Positions 1-10,123 of a DNA stretch of 64,000 bases are shown here, in pieces. Origin of the DNA: an uncultured Gaiellales bacterium (GTDB taxonomy: Bacteria > Actinomycetota > Thermoleophilia > RBG-16-64-13); contig CAZQDY010000004.1 in NCBI GenBank assembly GCA_964592075.1, positions 16,527-80,526 of the forward strand, in the 5' to 3' direction. The translations under genes were made by a program, and so were the position numbers. The notes beneath the pieces are model-generated. The model made no database searches. It was not told the DNA's origin and was given only the letters and a program-made list of their open reading frames with translations. The stretch's first letter is position 1, and each line of letters begins with the position of its first letter.

Positions 1-1
1 C

Positions 2-1906
2 GTGGAGAAGCTGGGCCTGCTGAAGATGGACTTCCTGGGATTGCGCAACCTCGACGTCATCGACAGCGCCGTGAAGATCATCAGAGAGGGCGGCCATCCG
101 GACTTCTCTATCGAGACCATCCCTCTGGACGACGCGGCCACCTACCGCATGCTGGCCAAAGGCGATTCCGAGGGAGTCTTCCAGTTCGAGTCAAGCGGTA
201 TGCGCGACGCTCTGCGCGAGATCCAACCTACCGAACTCGCCGACCTCATCGCCTTGGTGGCGCTGTACCGGCCCGGGCCCATGCAGTTCATCCCCGAGTA
301 CGCCCGCAACAAGCGCGAACCGGGCAGACTGAAGCTCGACGACGAGCGGCTGGAACCCATCCTGCGCCCCACCTACGGCGTGGCCATCTATCAAGAGCAG
401 TTGATGGAGATATCCAAACGGATCGCCGGTTTCTCTCCTTCCTTGGCCGACGACCTGCGCAAGGCCATCGGCAAGAAGATCAAGGAGAAGATGGACGCTC
501 TGGAGCCGAAATTCCGGGCAGGCGCCGAGGCGTCGGGCACGGCTCAGAAGGTGATCGACTACCTTTGGGGCCTCATGGAGAAGGCCAAGGACTACTCGTT
601 CAACAAGTCGCACGCGGCCTGCTACGCGCTCATCTCCTACCGGACAGCGTATCTGAAGGCCAACTACCCGGTGCAGTACATGGCCGCTCTCATCTCCAGC
701 GTCATGGACACCAAGGACAAGGTGCCCTTCTACGTGAACGTGGCCAACGAGATGGGCATCGAGGTGCTCCCGCCCGACATCAACGAGTCTGTGGTCGATT
801 TCCGAGCCATCGAGGACCGCATCCGCTTCGGGTTGAGCGCTGTGAAGAACGTGGGCGAGACGGCCATCCGCAACATCCTCGCGGCCAGAGATGGGGACGG
901 GCCCTTCTCCGACCTGTTCGACTTCTGCGAGCGGGTCGACCTGGGCGTGGTCAATGGGCGGGCCATCGAGAGTCTGGTGAAGTCGGGGGCCATGGACTCC
1001 ATCGGGCCCTCGCGGCGGGGGATGCTCCAGGTGCTGCCGCAGGCCATGGCGCACGGCAAGAAGACCCGTTCCGACGCTGATCGGGGGCAGGGCTCGATTT
1101 TCGATCTCATGATGGAGACGGCGCCGTCTCCTGAAGGAAACGGTGACTCCGGCGGCCTCGACGGCGCGGCCGGCAACGGCAAGGGGGCGAACGGCAGGGG
1201 TATCAACGGCGCCCTACCCGTGGAGATCCCGCTCGACGATTTCACCAAAGAAGAGCTTCTGAACCTCGAGAAGGAGACCCTGGGCCTCTATGTGAGCTCA
1301 CACCCGCTGAAGGACATCAGGCACCAGGTGCGGCGGGAAGCCGGCCATCTCATCTCGCAGCTAGGGGAGTTGCCCGACGGCACCGTCACCACGATCGTGG
1401 GTATGGTCGGCAGCGTGAAACGGATAACCACGAAGAAGTCGGGCGAGCTCATGGCCTTCGTCACGATCGAGGGTCTCGAGGGTTCGGTCGAGGTGCTTTG
1501 CTTCCCCGCCGTCTACCAGGAGAACAAGGACTTCCTCGTTGAAGACAGGGTGGTCAAGATCAAGGGCCGGGTGGACCACAAGGACGAATCCGAGACCAAG
1601 TTCATCCCGCTGGTCCTCGAGCCCTTCACGCCGAAGACCGGGCTGGAGCCTCTGGCCCTCGCGGTCGACGGCGACCGCCTGCCCAGCAGCGTGATCGACG
1701 ACCTCAAGCGCATCCTGGCGCGCTTCCCAGGGCAGTGCTGCGTGGACATGTACGTGCGCGTCGGGGAGAGCGCCCGCCGCCTGCGTTTCGGCGACGGCTT
1801 TCGTGTCGACCCGCAGGCCAGTCTCTTCGCCGAGTTGAAGGAGCTGTTGGGCGAGAGCTGCGTATGCCAGGGCAATGGGGCTCCGTTCATCGGCGCGGGC
1901 AAGTAG
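2..1906 (+). CDS. dnaE: DNA polymerase III alpha subunit, C-terminal part (5' end lies outside the window)
   Basis: 634-aa ORF with Pol III alpha fingers/HhH/OB-fold regions (GLLKMDFLGLRNL, YSFNKSHAACYALISYRTAYLKANYP). Runs from the window edge with no start. Confidence 0.9.
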   Translation: MEKLGLLKMDFLGLRNLDVIDSAVKIIREGGHPDFSIETIPLDDAATYRMLAKGDSEGVFQFESSGMRDALREIQPTELADLIALVALYRPGPMQFIPEYARNKREPGRLKLDDERLEPILRPTYGVAIYQEQLMEISKRIAGFSPSLADDLRKAIGKKIKEKMDALEPKFRAGAEASGTAQKVIDYLWGLMEKAKDYSFNKSHAACYALISYRTAYLKANYPVQYMAALISSVMDTKDKVPFYVNVANEMGIEVLPPDINESVVDFRAIEDRIRFGLSAVKNVGETAIRNILAARDGDGPFSDLFDFCERVDLGVVNGRAIESLVKSGAMDSIGPSRRGMLQVLPQAMAHGKKTRSDADRGQGSIFDLMMETAPSPEGNGDSGGLDGAAGNGKGANGRGINGALPVEIPLDDFTKEELLNLEKETLGLYVSSHPLKDIRHQVRREAGHLISQLGELPDGTVTTIVGMVGSVKRITTKKSGELMAFVTIEGLEGSVEVLCFPAVYQENKDFLVEDRVVKIKGRVDHKDESETKFIPLVLEPFTPKTGLEPLALAVDGDRLPSSVIDDLKRILARFPGQCCVDMYVRVGESARRLRFGDGFRVDPQASLFAELKELLGESCVCQGNGAPFIGAGK

Positions 1907-1919
1907 AACGAGCGGAGGG

Positions 1920-3203
1920 ATGCGTGGCGTGCTGAGCAAAGCCCTGAGCAGGGACACCGTGCATGCGGAGACCGCGGCGCTGCGGCCGCCGGAGGATTCC
2001 AGCAGGGAGGTCGCCGAGGTGGTGTCCGGATTGCTCGCCGATGTGCGCACCCGGGGCGACGCCGCCGTGGTGGAGGCTACGGCCAGGTTCGACTGGCCCG
2101 GGGCCGATGCCGCCCACCTGCCCGTCTCTCCGGCCGAGCTGGAGACCGCCTACCGGGAGCTCGACCCGGATCTCATCGCCGCCCTTCAGACCACGCGTGA
2201 CAACTGCACCTTCTTCCACCGGCACGAGTTGCCGCCCGACTGGGAGGAAACAGGAGCGCAGGGCCAGCGGCTGGGCATCCGCCATCTGCCTGTGGAGCGG
2301 GCGGGACTGTATGTGCCGGGGGGCCTAGGCGCGTACGCCTCCACAGTGATCATGAACACGGTCCCGGCGCTCGTGGCGGGAGTGGCCGAGCTGGTCGTCT
2401 GCACGCCTCCGGGGCGGGACGGCGCGGTCAACAGGTCGGTGATGGCGGCGGCGCGGATCATGGGCGTGGGACGGGTGTACCGGGTGGGAGGGGCGCAGGC
2501 GGTGGCCGCCATGGCCTACGGAACCGAGACGGTCCCCCGGGTCGATGTGATCTGCGGCCCGGGCAATGCCTACGTCATGGAGGCCAAGCGCCAGGTCTAC
2601 GGAGTGGTGGGCATCGACAGCCTGGCGGGGCCGAGCGAGGTGCTGGTGGTGGCGGACCGGACCGCCCGTCCCGAATGGGTCGCCGCCGACCTCCTGGCGC
2701 AGGAGGAGCACGGAATGGGGGCGAGCGCCGTGCTCATGGCGGAGTCGGAGGCGATCTGCGACAGCGTGGCCGGCGCTCTCGACGCTCTGAGAGCATCACC
2801 GGGAGGCGCGTCACGCCTGTCGGCCTTCTATCCGGCTCCCGGCGAGGACTTCCTCGAGCTGGCGATCGCCCTGATAAACACCTATGCCCCCGAGCATCTG
2901 GAGTTGCAGGTAGCCGACCCTCGGGGCCTCTTCACCGGAGTGCGATCGGCAGGCGCGATCTTTCTCGGGCACCTCACCCCGACGGCGTTCGGCGACTACG
3001 TGGCGGGCAGTAATCACGTGCTTCCCACGGGGGGCGCCGCCCGGTTCTCGTCGCCTCTCTCCGTGAACACCTTCATGCGGAGGTCGTCATATGTGGAGAT
3101 GGACGCGGAGGCAGTCCGGCTCTTGACTCCGCCGCTCGCCAGACTGGCGGACAGCGAGGGCTTCTCTTTCCACCGTGTCTCGGCGGAGGTGCGCCGAGAC
3201 TAG
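1920..3203 (+). CDS. hisD: histidinol dehydrogenase
   Basis: HisD signature region ICGPGNAYVMEAKRQVYGVVGIDSLAGPSEVLVVAD. In-frame ATG at 1920 (MRGVLSK) preceded by GGAGGGA, 14 nt after the dnaE stop. The ORF track begins at an earlier ATG (1875) that overlaps dnaE. Confidence 0.88.
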   Translation: MRGVLSKALSRDTVHAETAALRPPEDSSREVAEVVSGLLADVRTRGDAAVVEATARFDWPGADAAHLPVSPAELETAYRELDPDLIAALQTTRDNCTFFHRHELPPDWEETGAQGQRLGIRHLPVERAGLYVPGGLGAYASTVIMNTVPALVAGVAELVVCTPPGRDGAVNRSVMAAARIMGVGRVYRVGGAQAVAAMAYGTETVPRVDVICGPGNAYVMEAKRQVYGVVGIDSLAGPSEVLVVADRTARPEWVAADLLAQEEHGMGASAVLMAESEAICDSVAGALDALRASPGGASRLSAFYPAPGEDFLELAIALINTYAPEHLELQVADPRGLFTGVRSAGAIFLGHLTPTAFGDYVAGSNHVLPTGGAARFSSPLSVNTFMRRSSYVEMDAEAVRLLTPPLARLADSEGFSFHRVSAEVRRD

Positions 3204-5875
3204 CCGGTCCCGGTGTGTGCGCCGGCCGCCCGTCTCTCGCGGCGGTCGAGGATCTCCAGGAAGACGCGAACTAGGTCGGGGTCGAGTTGCTTGCCGGCGG
3301 CCCCCAGGAGTTCGGCGCGGGCCTGCTCGGGGCTGAGGGGCTTGCGGTACGGGCGATCGAGAATCATGGCCGAGTAGGCGTCCGCGACGGCGAGTATTCG
3401 GGCCAGGAGCGGTATCCGGTCTCCAGACGACTCCGCCGGGTAGCCTCCGCCGTCGTGGTGTTCATGGTGCGCACGCACGATCTCAGCGACTCGCGCCAGC
3501 CGGGGCATGTCCGTGATGACGGCGGCTCCCATGTCCACGTGACGGCGGACGAGGTCTTCCTCCGCGGGCGTCAGGGACGACGGCTTGTGCAGCAAGGAGC
3601 TGGGAACTCCGATATTGCCGACGTCGTGCAACATGGCGGCTACGTGGAGCGTTCCCAGGTCTTCGTCGTCGAGCCCCGTCGCCTCGCCCAGCGAGAGCGC
3701 GTACAGCGCCACTTGTTCCGAGTGACGGCGGGTGTAGTGGTCTCGAGCTCCGACCGCGTTCAGCAGCCTCCCGGCGAGTCCCAACACCCCTGCGTCGCCG
3801 CTATCGTCCGGACGGTCGGTCTGCATCACGGCGGGCCTGCCGGTGATGGTGTTGCCCCCGCGCTGTTTTGAGGCGTAGAGATTGGCATCGGCCGTCTCGA
3901 TCAACTGTCCCAGTGACTCTGCGTCCACCGGATAGGTGGCCACTCCTAGACTCGCGCGCACGGGGATGACCTGCCCTCCCGGCGTCACGTAAGGGTGGGT
4001 CCTGATGATGTCGCGTAGCCGCTCGCTGAGCTGGAGCACCCCCTCGGCTCCGGTGTTGGGCAACACCACCAGGATCTCGTCTCCCCCGACCCTGCCGGCG
4101 AGGTCGGCATGCCGGAGGACCCCTCGGATGGCTTCGCCCACGTGTCTCAGCACCGAGTCGCCGAGAGGGTGGCCGTAGGTGTCGTTCAGCAGCTTGAAAT
4201 CGTCGAGATCCACCATGATCAGGGACAGCTCCGACCCGTTCTGGTGGGCCCGCAGCGCCTCGCCGGCCAGGCGTTTGTGCACGCCGCGGTGATTGTAGAG
4301 GCCGGTGAGCGGGTCTTTTTCGGCGAGATTGAGAGCGTCTTGATAGCGCTGGGCGTTGTCGATAGCGGTCGCGACGTGGGCCGCGATGACGGGCAGCAGG
4401 TCCGGACCCTCGTCCCGATCTCGCGACTCGAGCAGGTAGATGGTGCCGAGGCTTTCGCCTCGCACCTCCAGGGATGCCGCCCTGAAGCTGCTCCACGGCG
4501 CCTCCGACGCATCGAGGCGCGCGTCTTTCGACCCGCCTTCGACGATAGCGCCCTTCACCGCGATCACGGATTCCTCTCCACCCGGGCTCTTGACGCTCAG
4601 CCATCCGCCTCGGGCCCGCTCGAAGTAGCAGGCGATATCCAAACTGGCCTCGGCCACCTCGGACAGGGTGTTCAGGCTGTTCAAGTGATGGGCCCGGTGG
4701 TTCAAGGTCTCGAGTTGCCTGCTCAGGTCGGCCAAAGCGTCGACCTTGTCGTGGAGTTCGTCCGAGGTACGCGCGAGTCGTAGGTTGAGCCGCCGGTTCT
4801 GGGTCAGGACTACGTACTGCCGGCAAACGAGCAAGACCGCCAGCGCCAGGCCCAGATACACGATGGGCAGTGTGTCCCGGTTCCACGACCAGTTGTTGCC
4901 AAGGAGATGGCTGATCAGCGTCGCCATGATGGCAGGGAGGGCGATGTAGGGGATCGCGATGCGCCACTTGCCTGGCGCGGGAGACGGGCGAGGCGAGGTG
5001 ACGGGGGTGTCCGCCGCGTCGGCGGCTGAGGGTTCCCGGGCCCCCCGCATGCCCATCAGGGCGGCTATGCCGGCCACGGCGAAGCAGAGCACCCACACGC
5101 CGTCCATCCAGCTTCCTGGAGCGTACGACCTATGCAGGACGGTGTCTGCGAAGTAGGCGATGTCGGCGACTATCTGGACGAGGAAGGCGAGACAGAGGAC
5201 GATGAAGTACGGCTGCGGCCGCCTGCCTCGCGAGCCGGAGAAGCCGAAGAAGAACGAGACGAAGGCCAGTATGACCAGCAGGTCGCCGATGGGGTAGGCG
5301 AGGGTGACCCAGTACTCAGCGCCCGTGGACCCCGCGGGCAGCTTGCTGAGAAGCAGCGGCCACGCGATTGCAGCCGCCCCGATGGTGAACATGGTGGCAT
5401 CGATGGTGGTCTCCAGTGCTCTCAGGAAGCCAAAAGCCTTGTACGAGGCGATGAGGATGCCCGCGAAAGCGATGACGTAGCTCTCCAGGTAACCCACGTC
5501 GGCCAGCCCCGGGCTTGGGGGGTCCACTCCCAAGAGCAGTTCGTAGTAGGCCCAGACGGAGTCGGCGAAGATGTTGCACATCAGCCAGATGCTGATCCAA
5601 GCCCAGATCCAGCGGTCCGGCTTCCCCTTGTTCCAGTGGTAGGCGGTGAGGGAGAGGCCGAGGACGATCAGTTGGATGAACACGAAGCCCGCATCCGAGA
5701 TGAAGAGGCGCGCGGAGGAACCGGGTGCGAACACCAGACCTGCGAAGACCTGGTACAGGACCACGCAGGCGATCAGAGCGACACCACCCGCCCTCACGTG
5801 CTGCTTTGTCAACCTATCGCTGCCGTTTCTGCCTCCTCGGATGGGAGGCGGCCCGGATGGCGCGCGAGAATACAA
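3200..5875 (-). CDS. membrane sensor with diguanylate cyclase (GGDEF) and HD-GYP phosphodiesterase domains
   Basis: Multi-TM hydrophobic N-terminus followed by a GAF-like segment. GGDEF motif region RVGGDEILVV. HD-GYP motifs MLHDVGNIG and HHEHHDGGGYP. The 5' end is uncertain: no ATG upstream of the first TM helix, so the gene may start at TTG/GTG near 5812. Confidence 0.8.
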   Translation of the reverse strand: MYSRAPSGPPPIRGGRNGSDRLTKQHVRAGGVALIACVVLYQVFAGLVFAPGSSARLFISDAGFVFIQLIVLGLSLTAYHWNKGKPDRWIWAWISIWLMCNIFADSVWAYYELLLGVDPPSPGLADVGYLESYVIAFAGILIASYKAFGFLRALETTIDATMFTIGAAAIAWPLLLSKLPAGSTGAEYWVTLAYPIGDLLVILAFVSFFFGFSGSRGRRPQPYFIVLCLAFLVQIVADIAYFADTVLHRSYAPGSWMDGVWVLCFAVAGIAALMGMRGAREPSAADAADTPVTSPRPSPAPGKWRIAIPYIALPAIMATLISHLLGNNWSWNRDTLPIVYLGLALAVLLVCRQYVVLTQNRRLNLRLARTSDELHDKVDALADLSRQLETLNHRAHHLNSLNTLSEVAEASLDIACYFERARGGWLSVKSPGGEESVIAVKGAIVEGGSKDARLDASEAPWSSFRAASLEVRGESLGTIYLLESRDRDEGPDLLPVIAAHVATAIDNAQRYQDALNLAEKDPLTGLYNHRGVHKRLAGEALRAHQNGSELSLIMVDLDDFKLLNDTYGHPLGDSVLRHVGEAIRGVLRHADLAGRVGGDEILVVLPNTGAEGVLQLSERLRDIIRTHPYVTPGGQVIPVRASLGVATYPVDAESLGQLIETADANLYASKQRGGNTITGRPAVMQTDRPDDSGDAGVLGLAGRLLNAVGARDHYTRRHSEQVALYALSLGEATGLDDEDLGTLHVAAMLHDVGNIGVPSSLLHKPSSLTPAEEDLVRRHVDMGAAVITDMPRLARVAEIVRAHHEHHDGGGYPAESSGDRIPLLARILAVADAYSAMILDRPYRKPLSPEQARAELLGAAGKQLDPDLVRVFLEILDRRERRAAGAHTGTG

Positions 5876-5887
5876 TTCCTTGGAATT
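5874..5887. promoter_or_regulatory. perfect palindrome AATTCCTTGGAATT in an AT-rich island between the divergent GGDEF and hisB genes
   Basis: 6+6 inverted repeat inside a locally low-GC stretch (gagaatacaattccttggaattatcgg) of a ~70% GC sequence. Candidate operator or promoter element. Confidence 0.3.
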
Positions 5888-5995
5888 ATCGGCAGGACGG
5901 GGCGAGGGCTTTAACCGTCAGAGGCTGCGGACTGCTGAGGCTGAGGCGAGCGCTGTGCTATGCTGCGGGCGTTGTTCTGGGCGCCCCAGCACACG

Positions 5996-6667
5996 ATGTC
6001 GGAGCCATGGGACGACATGGTCCCTGTTAGCACGGAGGCAACAGTGAACCTCGATAGCTCACCGGGAACCCCCGACCCTCTCAAGCGTACCGCCACCGTC
6101 GAGCGGCAGACTCGAGAGACGAGGGTCTTGGTCAGACTCGATTTAGACGGCTCCGGCTGCGCGGAGATCGACACCGGCCTGGGCTTCTTCGACCACATGC
6201 TGGAGCTGTTGGCCGGCCATAGCCTTCTCGATCTCACCGTCGAGGCCCGCGGCGACCTGCAGACCGGCGGTCATCACACGGTCGAAGACGTAGGCATCTG
6301 CATCGGCTCGGCCCTGGCGGAAGCGGCAGGCGGAAAGAGGGGCATCAACCGCTACGGCGGCATGCTGATTCCGATGGACGAGGCTCTGGTGCTGGTGGCA
6401 CTCGATCTGAGCGGGCGGCCGTACTTCGCCTATGAAGGGGGGCCGGTCGGCGAGAGCATCGCCGGGTTCGACTCCGGTCTGGTGGCGGAGTTCTTCCGGG
6501 CGGTCGTCAACAACGCCCGGATGACCCTGCACGTGCGCGCGCTCGCGGCAGGCGACGTCCACCACACCATAGAGGCCGTATTCAAGGGCTTCGGCAGGGC
6601 TCTGAGGCAGGCTGTCTCCATTGACCCGCGGGCGACGGGGATCCCCTCCACCAAAGGGGTCTTGTGA
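5996..6667 (+). CDS. hisB: imidazoleglycerol-phosphate dehydratase
   Basis: IGPD motifs RETRETRV, DTGLGFFDHMLELLAGHSLLDL, GDLQTGGHHTVEDVGI. Start is ambiguous among in-frame ATGs at 5960, 5996 and 6017. Confidence 0.85.
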   Translation: MSEPWDDMVPVSTEATVNLDSSPGTPDPLKRTATVERQTRETRVLVRLDLDGSGCAEIDTGLGFFDHMLELLAGHSLLDLTVEARGDLQTGGHHTVEDVGICIGSALAEAAGGKRGINRYGGMLIPMDEALVLVALDLSGRPYFAYEGGPVGESIAGFDSGLVAEFFRAVVNNARMTLHVRALAAGDVHHTIEAVFKGFGRALRQAVSIDPRATGIPSTKGVL

Positions 6668-7296
6668 GTCTGCCCCGGTCGCTCTACATAATCGACTATG
6701 GTGCCGGCAATCTCCGCTCCGTCCAGAAGGCCTTCGAACACATAGGGGTCGACGCCGTCGTGGGGTCCGACCCGAAGGCGCTCCGGAGCGCTCCGGGTCT
6801 CGTCCTGCCCGGCGTGGGCGCCTTCGGCCGCATGCGGCAGTTGGAGGAGAAGGGCCTGGTAGAGCCGCTGCTCATGAGGATAGAAGCGGGGGTTCCGTTT
6901 CTCGGGGTGTGTCTGGGGCTACAGTTCCTCTTCGAGGCGAGTGAGGAGGAGCCAGGGGTGAAGGGCCTGGGAGTCCTCCGTGGCGACGTCCGGGCCTTGC
7001 CGGACTCGGTCAAGGTGCCGCACATCGGCTGGAACCAGGTGGAGGCGTGCACCTGCTCCGACCTATTCGAGGGCATCCCCGAGGGGGCGGCCTTCTATTT
7101 CGTGCACGGCTACGCCGTGGTGCCACGCTCGCCCGGCGATGTCCTCGCCATGACCGACTACGACGGCGTGGCCTTCGTCTCGGCGGTGGAATCGGACAAC
7201 GTGGTGGGCGTTCAGTTCCACCCGGAGAAGTCGAGTGCCCTCGGATTGCGTTTCTATCGCAATTTCGCCCGCAGGGCCGGGCTGGAGGCAGCGTGA
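6664..7296 (+). CDS. hisH: imidazole glycerol phosphate synthase, glutamine amidotransferase subunit
   Basis: Class I GATase. N-terminus IIDYGAGNLRSVQKAFEHIG and LPGVGAFG motif. GTG start overlaps the hisB stop (GTGA). Confidence 0.9.
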   Translation: MSLPRSLYIIDYGAGNLRSVQKAFEHIGVDAVVGSDPKALRSAPGLVLPGVGAFGRMRQLEEKGLVEPLLMRIEAGVPFLGVCLGLQFLFEASEEEPGVKGLGVLRGDVRALPDSVKVPHIGWNQVEACTCSDLFEGIPEGAAFYFVHGYAVVPRSPGDVLAMTDYDGVAFVSAVESDNVVGVQFHPEKSSALGLRFYRNFARRAGLEAA

Positions 7297-8036
7297 TGAG
7301 ACTCATTCCCGCCATCGATATCCAGGGGGGCCGTTGCGTGCGGCTCCGCAAGGGCGACTTCGCCGACATGACGGTCTTCGGCGACGATCCGGTAGCCATG
7401 GCCGAGCGCTGGGTGAGCGAGGGGGCGCGGTTCCTGCACGTGGTCGATCTGGATGGGGCCCGCGAGGGAGCACCTCGCAACTTCGAGCTCGTCAAAGCCA
7501 TCGTTGAAGCCGTACCGGTGCCGGTGGAGACCGGGGGTGGCATCCGTACCGAAGAGGCGCTGGAACTCGTGGCATCGAGCCGGGTGGCCAAAGCGGTGCT
7601 GGGGACAAGCGCCGTGGAGGACGAGGTATTCCTGGAGCGTGCGCTCGATGTTCTCGGCTCCGACAGGCTGGTGGTGGCGGTGGACGCCGAGGAGGGGTTT
7701 GTCAAGACCAAAGGTTGGCAGGAGCGGAGCAAGGTGCGGGCGCTCGATCTGGTCGCGTGCCTGGAAGACCGTGGTGTCCGCGAGATCCTGTTCACCGACA
7801 TCAGCCGGGACGGCATGATGCGGAGTGTCAATCTGGAGGGCATACGCGAGCTGGCCGAGCACTGCGCCCTCGAGATCATCGCCTCCGGTGGGGTGACCGG
7901 CCTGGAGGACCTCGTCGCGCTGAGATCTATGGAACGACTGGGGGTGACGGGGGTCATCGCGGGACGGGCGCTCTATGAAGGTCGCTTCACGGTGGCCGAA
8001 GCCCTGGCCGTGCTTGACGAGGCAGAGGACGACTGA
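7296..8036 (+). CDS. hisA: 1-(5-phosphoribosyl)-5-[(5-phosphoribosylamino)methylideneamino]imidazole-4-carboxamide isomerase
   Basis: [17 protein letters not shown]...DLDGA...ETGGGIR. ATG overlaps the hisH stop (ATGA). The ORF track extends 83 codons upstream into hisH, which is not credible. Confidence 0.9.
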   Translation: MRLIPAIDIQGGRCVRLRKGDFADMTVFGDDPVAMAERWVSEGARFLHVVDLDGAREGAPRNFELVKAIVEAVPVPVETGGGIRTEEALELVASSRVAKAVLGTSAVEDEVFLERALDVLGSDRLVVAVDAEEGFVKTKGWQERSKVRALDLVACLEDRGVREILFTDISRDGMMRSVNLEGIRELAEHCALEIIASGGVTGLEDLVALRSMERLGVTGVIAGRALYEGRFTVAEALAVLDEAEDD

Positions 8037-8809
8037 TGCTGCTGAAGCGGATAATCCCCTGTCTGGACGTTGATCAGGGCCGCGTGGTCAAGGGGACCAA
8101 CTTCGTAGACATCCGCGATGCGGGAGACCCGGTGAAACTGGCCTCGCACTACGATGCCGAAGGCGCCGACGAGGTGGTCTTCCTGGACATCACCGCCTCG
8201 CACGAAAAGCGCGACACCATCGTCGAGTTGGCGGGTCGGTGCGCGGAGGAGCTGTTCATCCCGTTCACCATCGGGGGCGGCATCAGGAGCGAGGACGATG
8301 TTCGGGCCCTTCTCAGCGCCGGCGCCGACAAGGTCTCCTTGAACTCAGCGGCCATCAACGACTCCGAGCTCATAGCGGCCTGCGCCCGCCGGTACGGTTC
8401 GCAGTGCGTGGTCCTGGCCATCGACGCCAAGCGTGTGGACGCGGCCGAGGGCGAGCCGCCGCGCTGGGAGGCCTACATCAACGGGGGGCGCACGCCCACG
8501 GGACTGGACGCGGTGTCATGGGCGGCACGGGCGGTCTCTCTGGGGGCCGGTGAGATTCTGCTCACCTCCATGGACCGCGACGGGACCAAGGACGGATACG
8601 ACCTGGAGCTGACCAGAGCGGTATCCGCGGCCGTGAACGTCCCCGTCATAGCGAGCGGGGGAGCCGGCACGCTGGACCATCTGGTCGAGGTGGTCCGCGA
8701 CGGCGGCGCCGACGCGGTTCTCGCAGCCTCCATATTCCACTACGGCGAGTACACCATCAGGGCGGCCAAGGAGCACATGGCGGCTCACGGGATCCCCGTC
8801 CGTCTGTGA
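8036..8809 (+). CDS. hisF: imidazole glycerol phosphate synthase, cyclase subunit
   Basis: [23 protein letters not shown]...GGAGTLDHL. Start overlaps the hisA stop. Confidence 0.9.
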   Translation: MLLKRIIPCLDVDQGRVVKGTNFVDIRDAGDPVKLASHYDAEGADEVVFLDITASHEKRDTIVELAGRCAEELFIPFTIGGGIRSEDDVRALLSAGADKVSLNSAAINDSELIAACARRYGSQCVVLAIDAKRVDAAEGEPPRWEAYINGGRTPTGLDAVSWAARAVSLGAGEILLTSMDRDGTKDGYDLELTRAVSAAVNVPVIASGGAGTLDHLVEVVRDGGADAVLAASIFHYGEYTIRAAKEHMAAHGIPVRL

Positions 8810-8843
8810 CTGAATCTGCGGCTCGTCGGGCGGCCGGCCCGCG

Positions 8844-8857
8844 GCGCGTTTGGTAAA
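8844..8857 (+). promoter_or_regulatory. motif GCGCGTTTGGTAAA upstream of the M23 peptidase gene; an identical 14-mer occurs upstream of the radical SAM gene near 24449-24462
   Basis: Identical 14-mer found twice in the window, each 12-20 nt upstream of a + strand start codon. Contains an extended -10-like TGGTAAA. Confidence 0.3.
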
Positions 8858-8868
8858 CTAGATCACCA

Positions 8869-10110
8869 ATGAGGCTTTTCGGGACACCGGAAGAGCGCAC
8901 TGGGCGCATGGGAGTGTGGGTTGCTCTGCTCGTCGCCGCCCTAGTGTCGCTCATCCTTCTGGCTGCCATGCCGGCATTCTCGCCTGTCTCCGGCGCGACT
9001 CTCAAGGAGAAGTTGGCCCAGAAACAGGCTGAGTTGAATGCCGCCTACGCCGAGTACATGAAGTTCCAGGACCAGCTCAACGTGCTGGCCGAGAAGCAGA
9101 ACGCGGCCGAGGTCCGGATGGCGAAGATCGATGGCGCCATCAACTCGGTCGAGAACGAGATCAATCTGGCCGCAAAGGACCTCACACTCGCGCAGTCGCA
9201 GTTGGCCGACCGTCTTGTGGAGCTCTACAAGAACAACTACTCGGCGGCGCCGAGCTACCTAGAGGTGCTGTTCGAAGAGTCCGACTTCACCAAGATCATC
9301 GAGCGCTTCTCGCTCATGGGCAGGCTGGCCGATCAAGACCAGGAGCTCTTCGACCAAGTGGCCGACTACCTAGAGAAGTCCCGGGATCGCGAGGGCGCCC
9401 TGATGGAGAAGAAGCAGGCGCAGTCGGAGGTGCTGGAGGAGATCCAGGGGCTTCAGACTGAGATGAACGAGGAGTTCTCGGCCTCGAGCGCGGAATACAA
9501 CCGTCTGATGACCCAGGTGCTCAACCTGCGGGAAGAGGTGCGCAAGGCGGAGGAAGCCGCGCGTCTGGCAGCTGAGCGGGCCGCGGCGGCCAAGGCGGCC
9601 GCGGCCAAGGCCGCAGCTGAGGCCAAGCGCTCCACCGGCTCCTCAAGCGGCTCTTCGTCCTCGTCCGCGTCTTCTTCGCGCCGGAGCGTCACAGTGGTTC
9701 AGACAGGTTCGTTCGTGTTCCCGGTTCAGGGCCCGCATAGCTTCATCGACAGTTGGGGCGCTCCTCGCTCAGGCGGAAGGACGCATACGGGAACCGACAT
9801 CCTGGCGCCGCAAGGGACGCCGGTGGTCGCCTGTGTCAGCGGTACCATCTCGCGGACCAACCGGACCGACAGTGGGCTGGGCGGCATCACCGTGTGGCTG
9901 ACGGGCGGCAACGGCTATCGCTACTACTACGCGCATCTGGACGGCATCGCCTCCGGCATCAGCTCAGGGGTCTCGGTCAGTGCCGGGCAACTCCTGGGGT
10001 GGGTCGGCTCAACCGGCAACGCGGGTAGCTGCAACCATTTGCACTTCGCCATGTACCCTCCCGGCGGCGGGGCCATCAACCCGTACGCGACGCTGCGGGC
10101 CAACGACTGA
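8869..10110 (+). CDS. M23 family peptidoglycan metalloendopeptidase with N-terminal signal/TM and long coiled-coil region (EnvC/LytM-like)
   Basis: C-terminal LytM domain GTDILAPQGTPVVA...GYRYYYAHLDG...GSTGNAGSCNHLHFAMY. Heptad-rich Q/E/A/K region and Ser-rich linker. Confidence 0.8.
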   Translation: MRLFGTPEERTGRMGVWVALLVAALVSLILLAAMPAFSPVSGATLKEKLAQKQAELNAAYAEYMKFQDQLNVLAEKQNAAEVRMAKIDGAINSVENEINLAAKDLTLAQSQLADRLVELYKNNYSAAPSYLEVLFEESDFTKIIERFSLMGRLADQDQELFDQVADYLEKSRDREGALMEKKQAQSEVLEEIQGLQTEMNEEFSASSAEYNRLMTQVLNLREEVRKAEEAARLAAERAAAAKAAAAKAAAEAKRSTGSSSGSSSSSASSSRRSVTVVQTGSFVFPVQGPHSFIDSWGAPRSGGRTHTGTDILAPQGTPVVACVSGTISRTNRTDSGLGGITVWLTGGNGYRYYYAHLDGIASGISSGVSVSAGQLLGWVGSTGNAGSCNHLHFAMYPPGGGAINPYATLRAND

Positions 10111-10123
10111 GCCCGGCCGCCGC

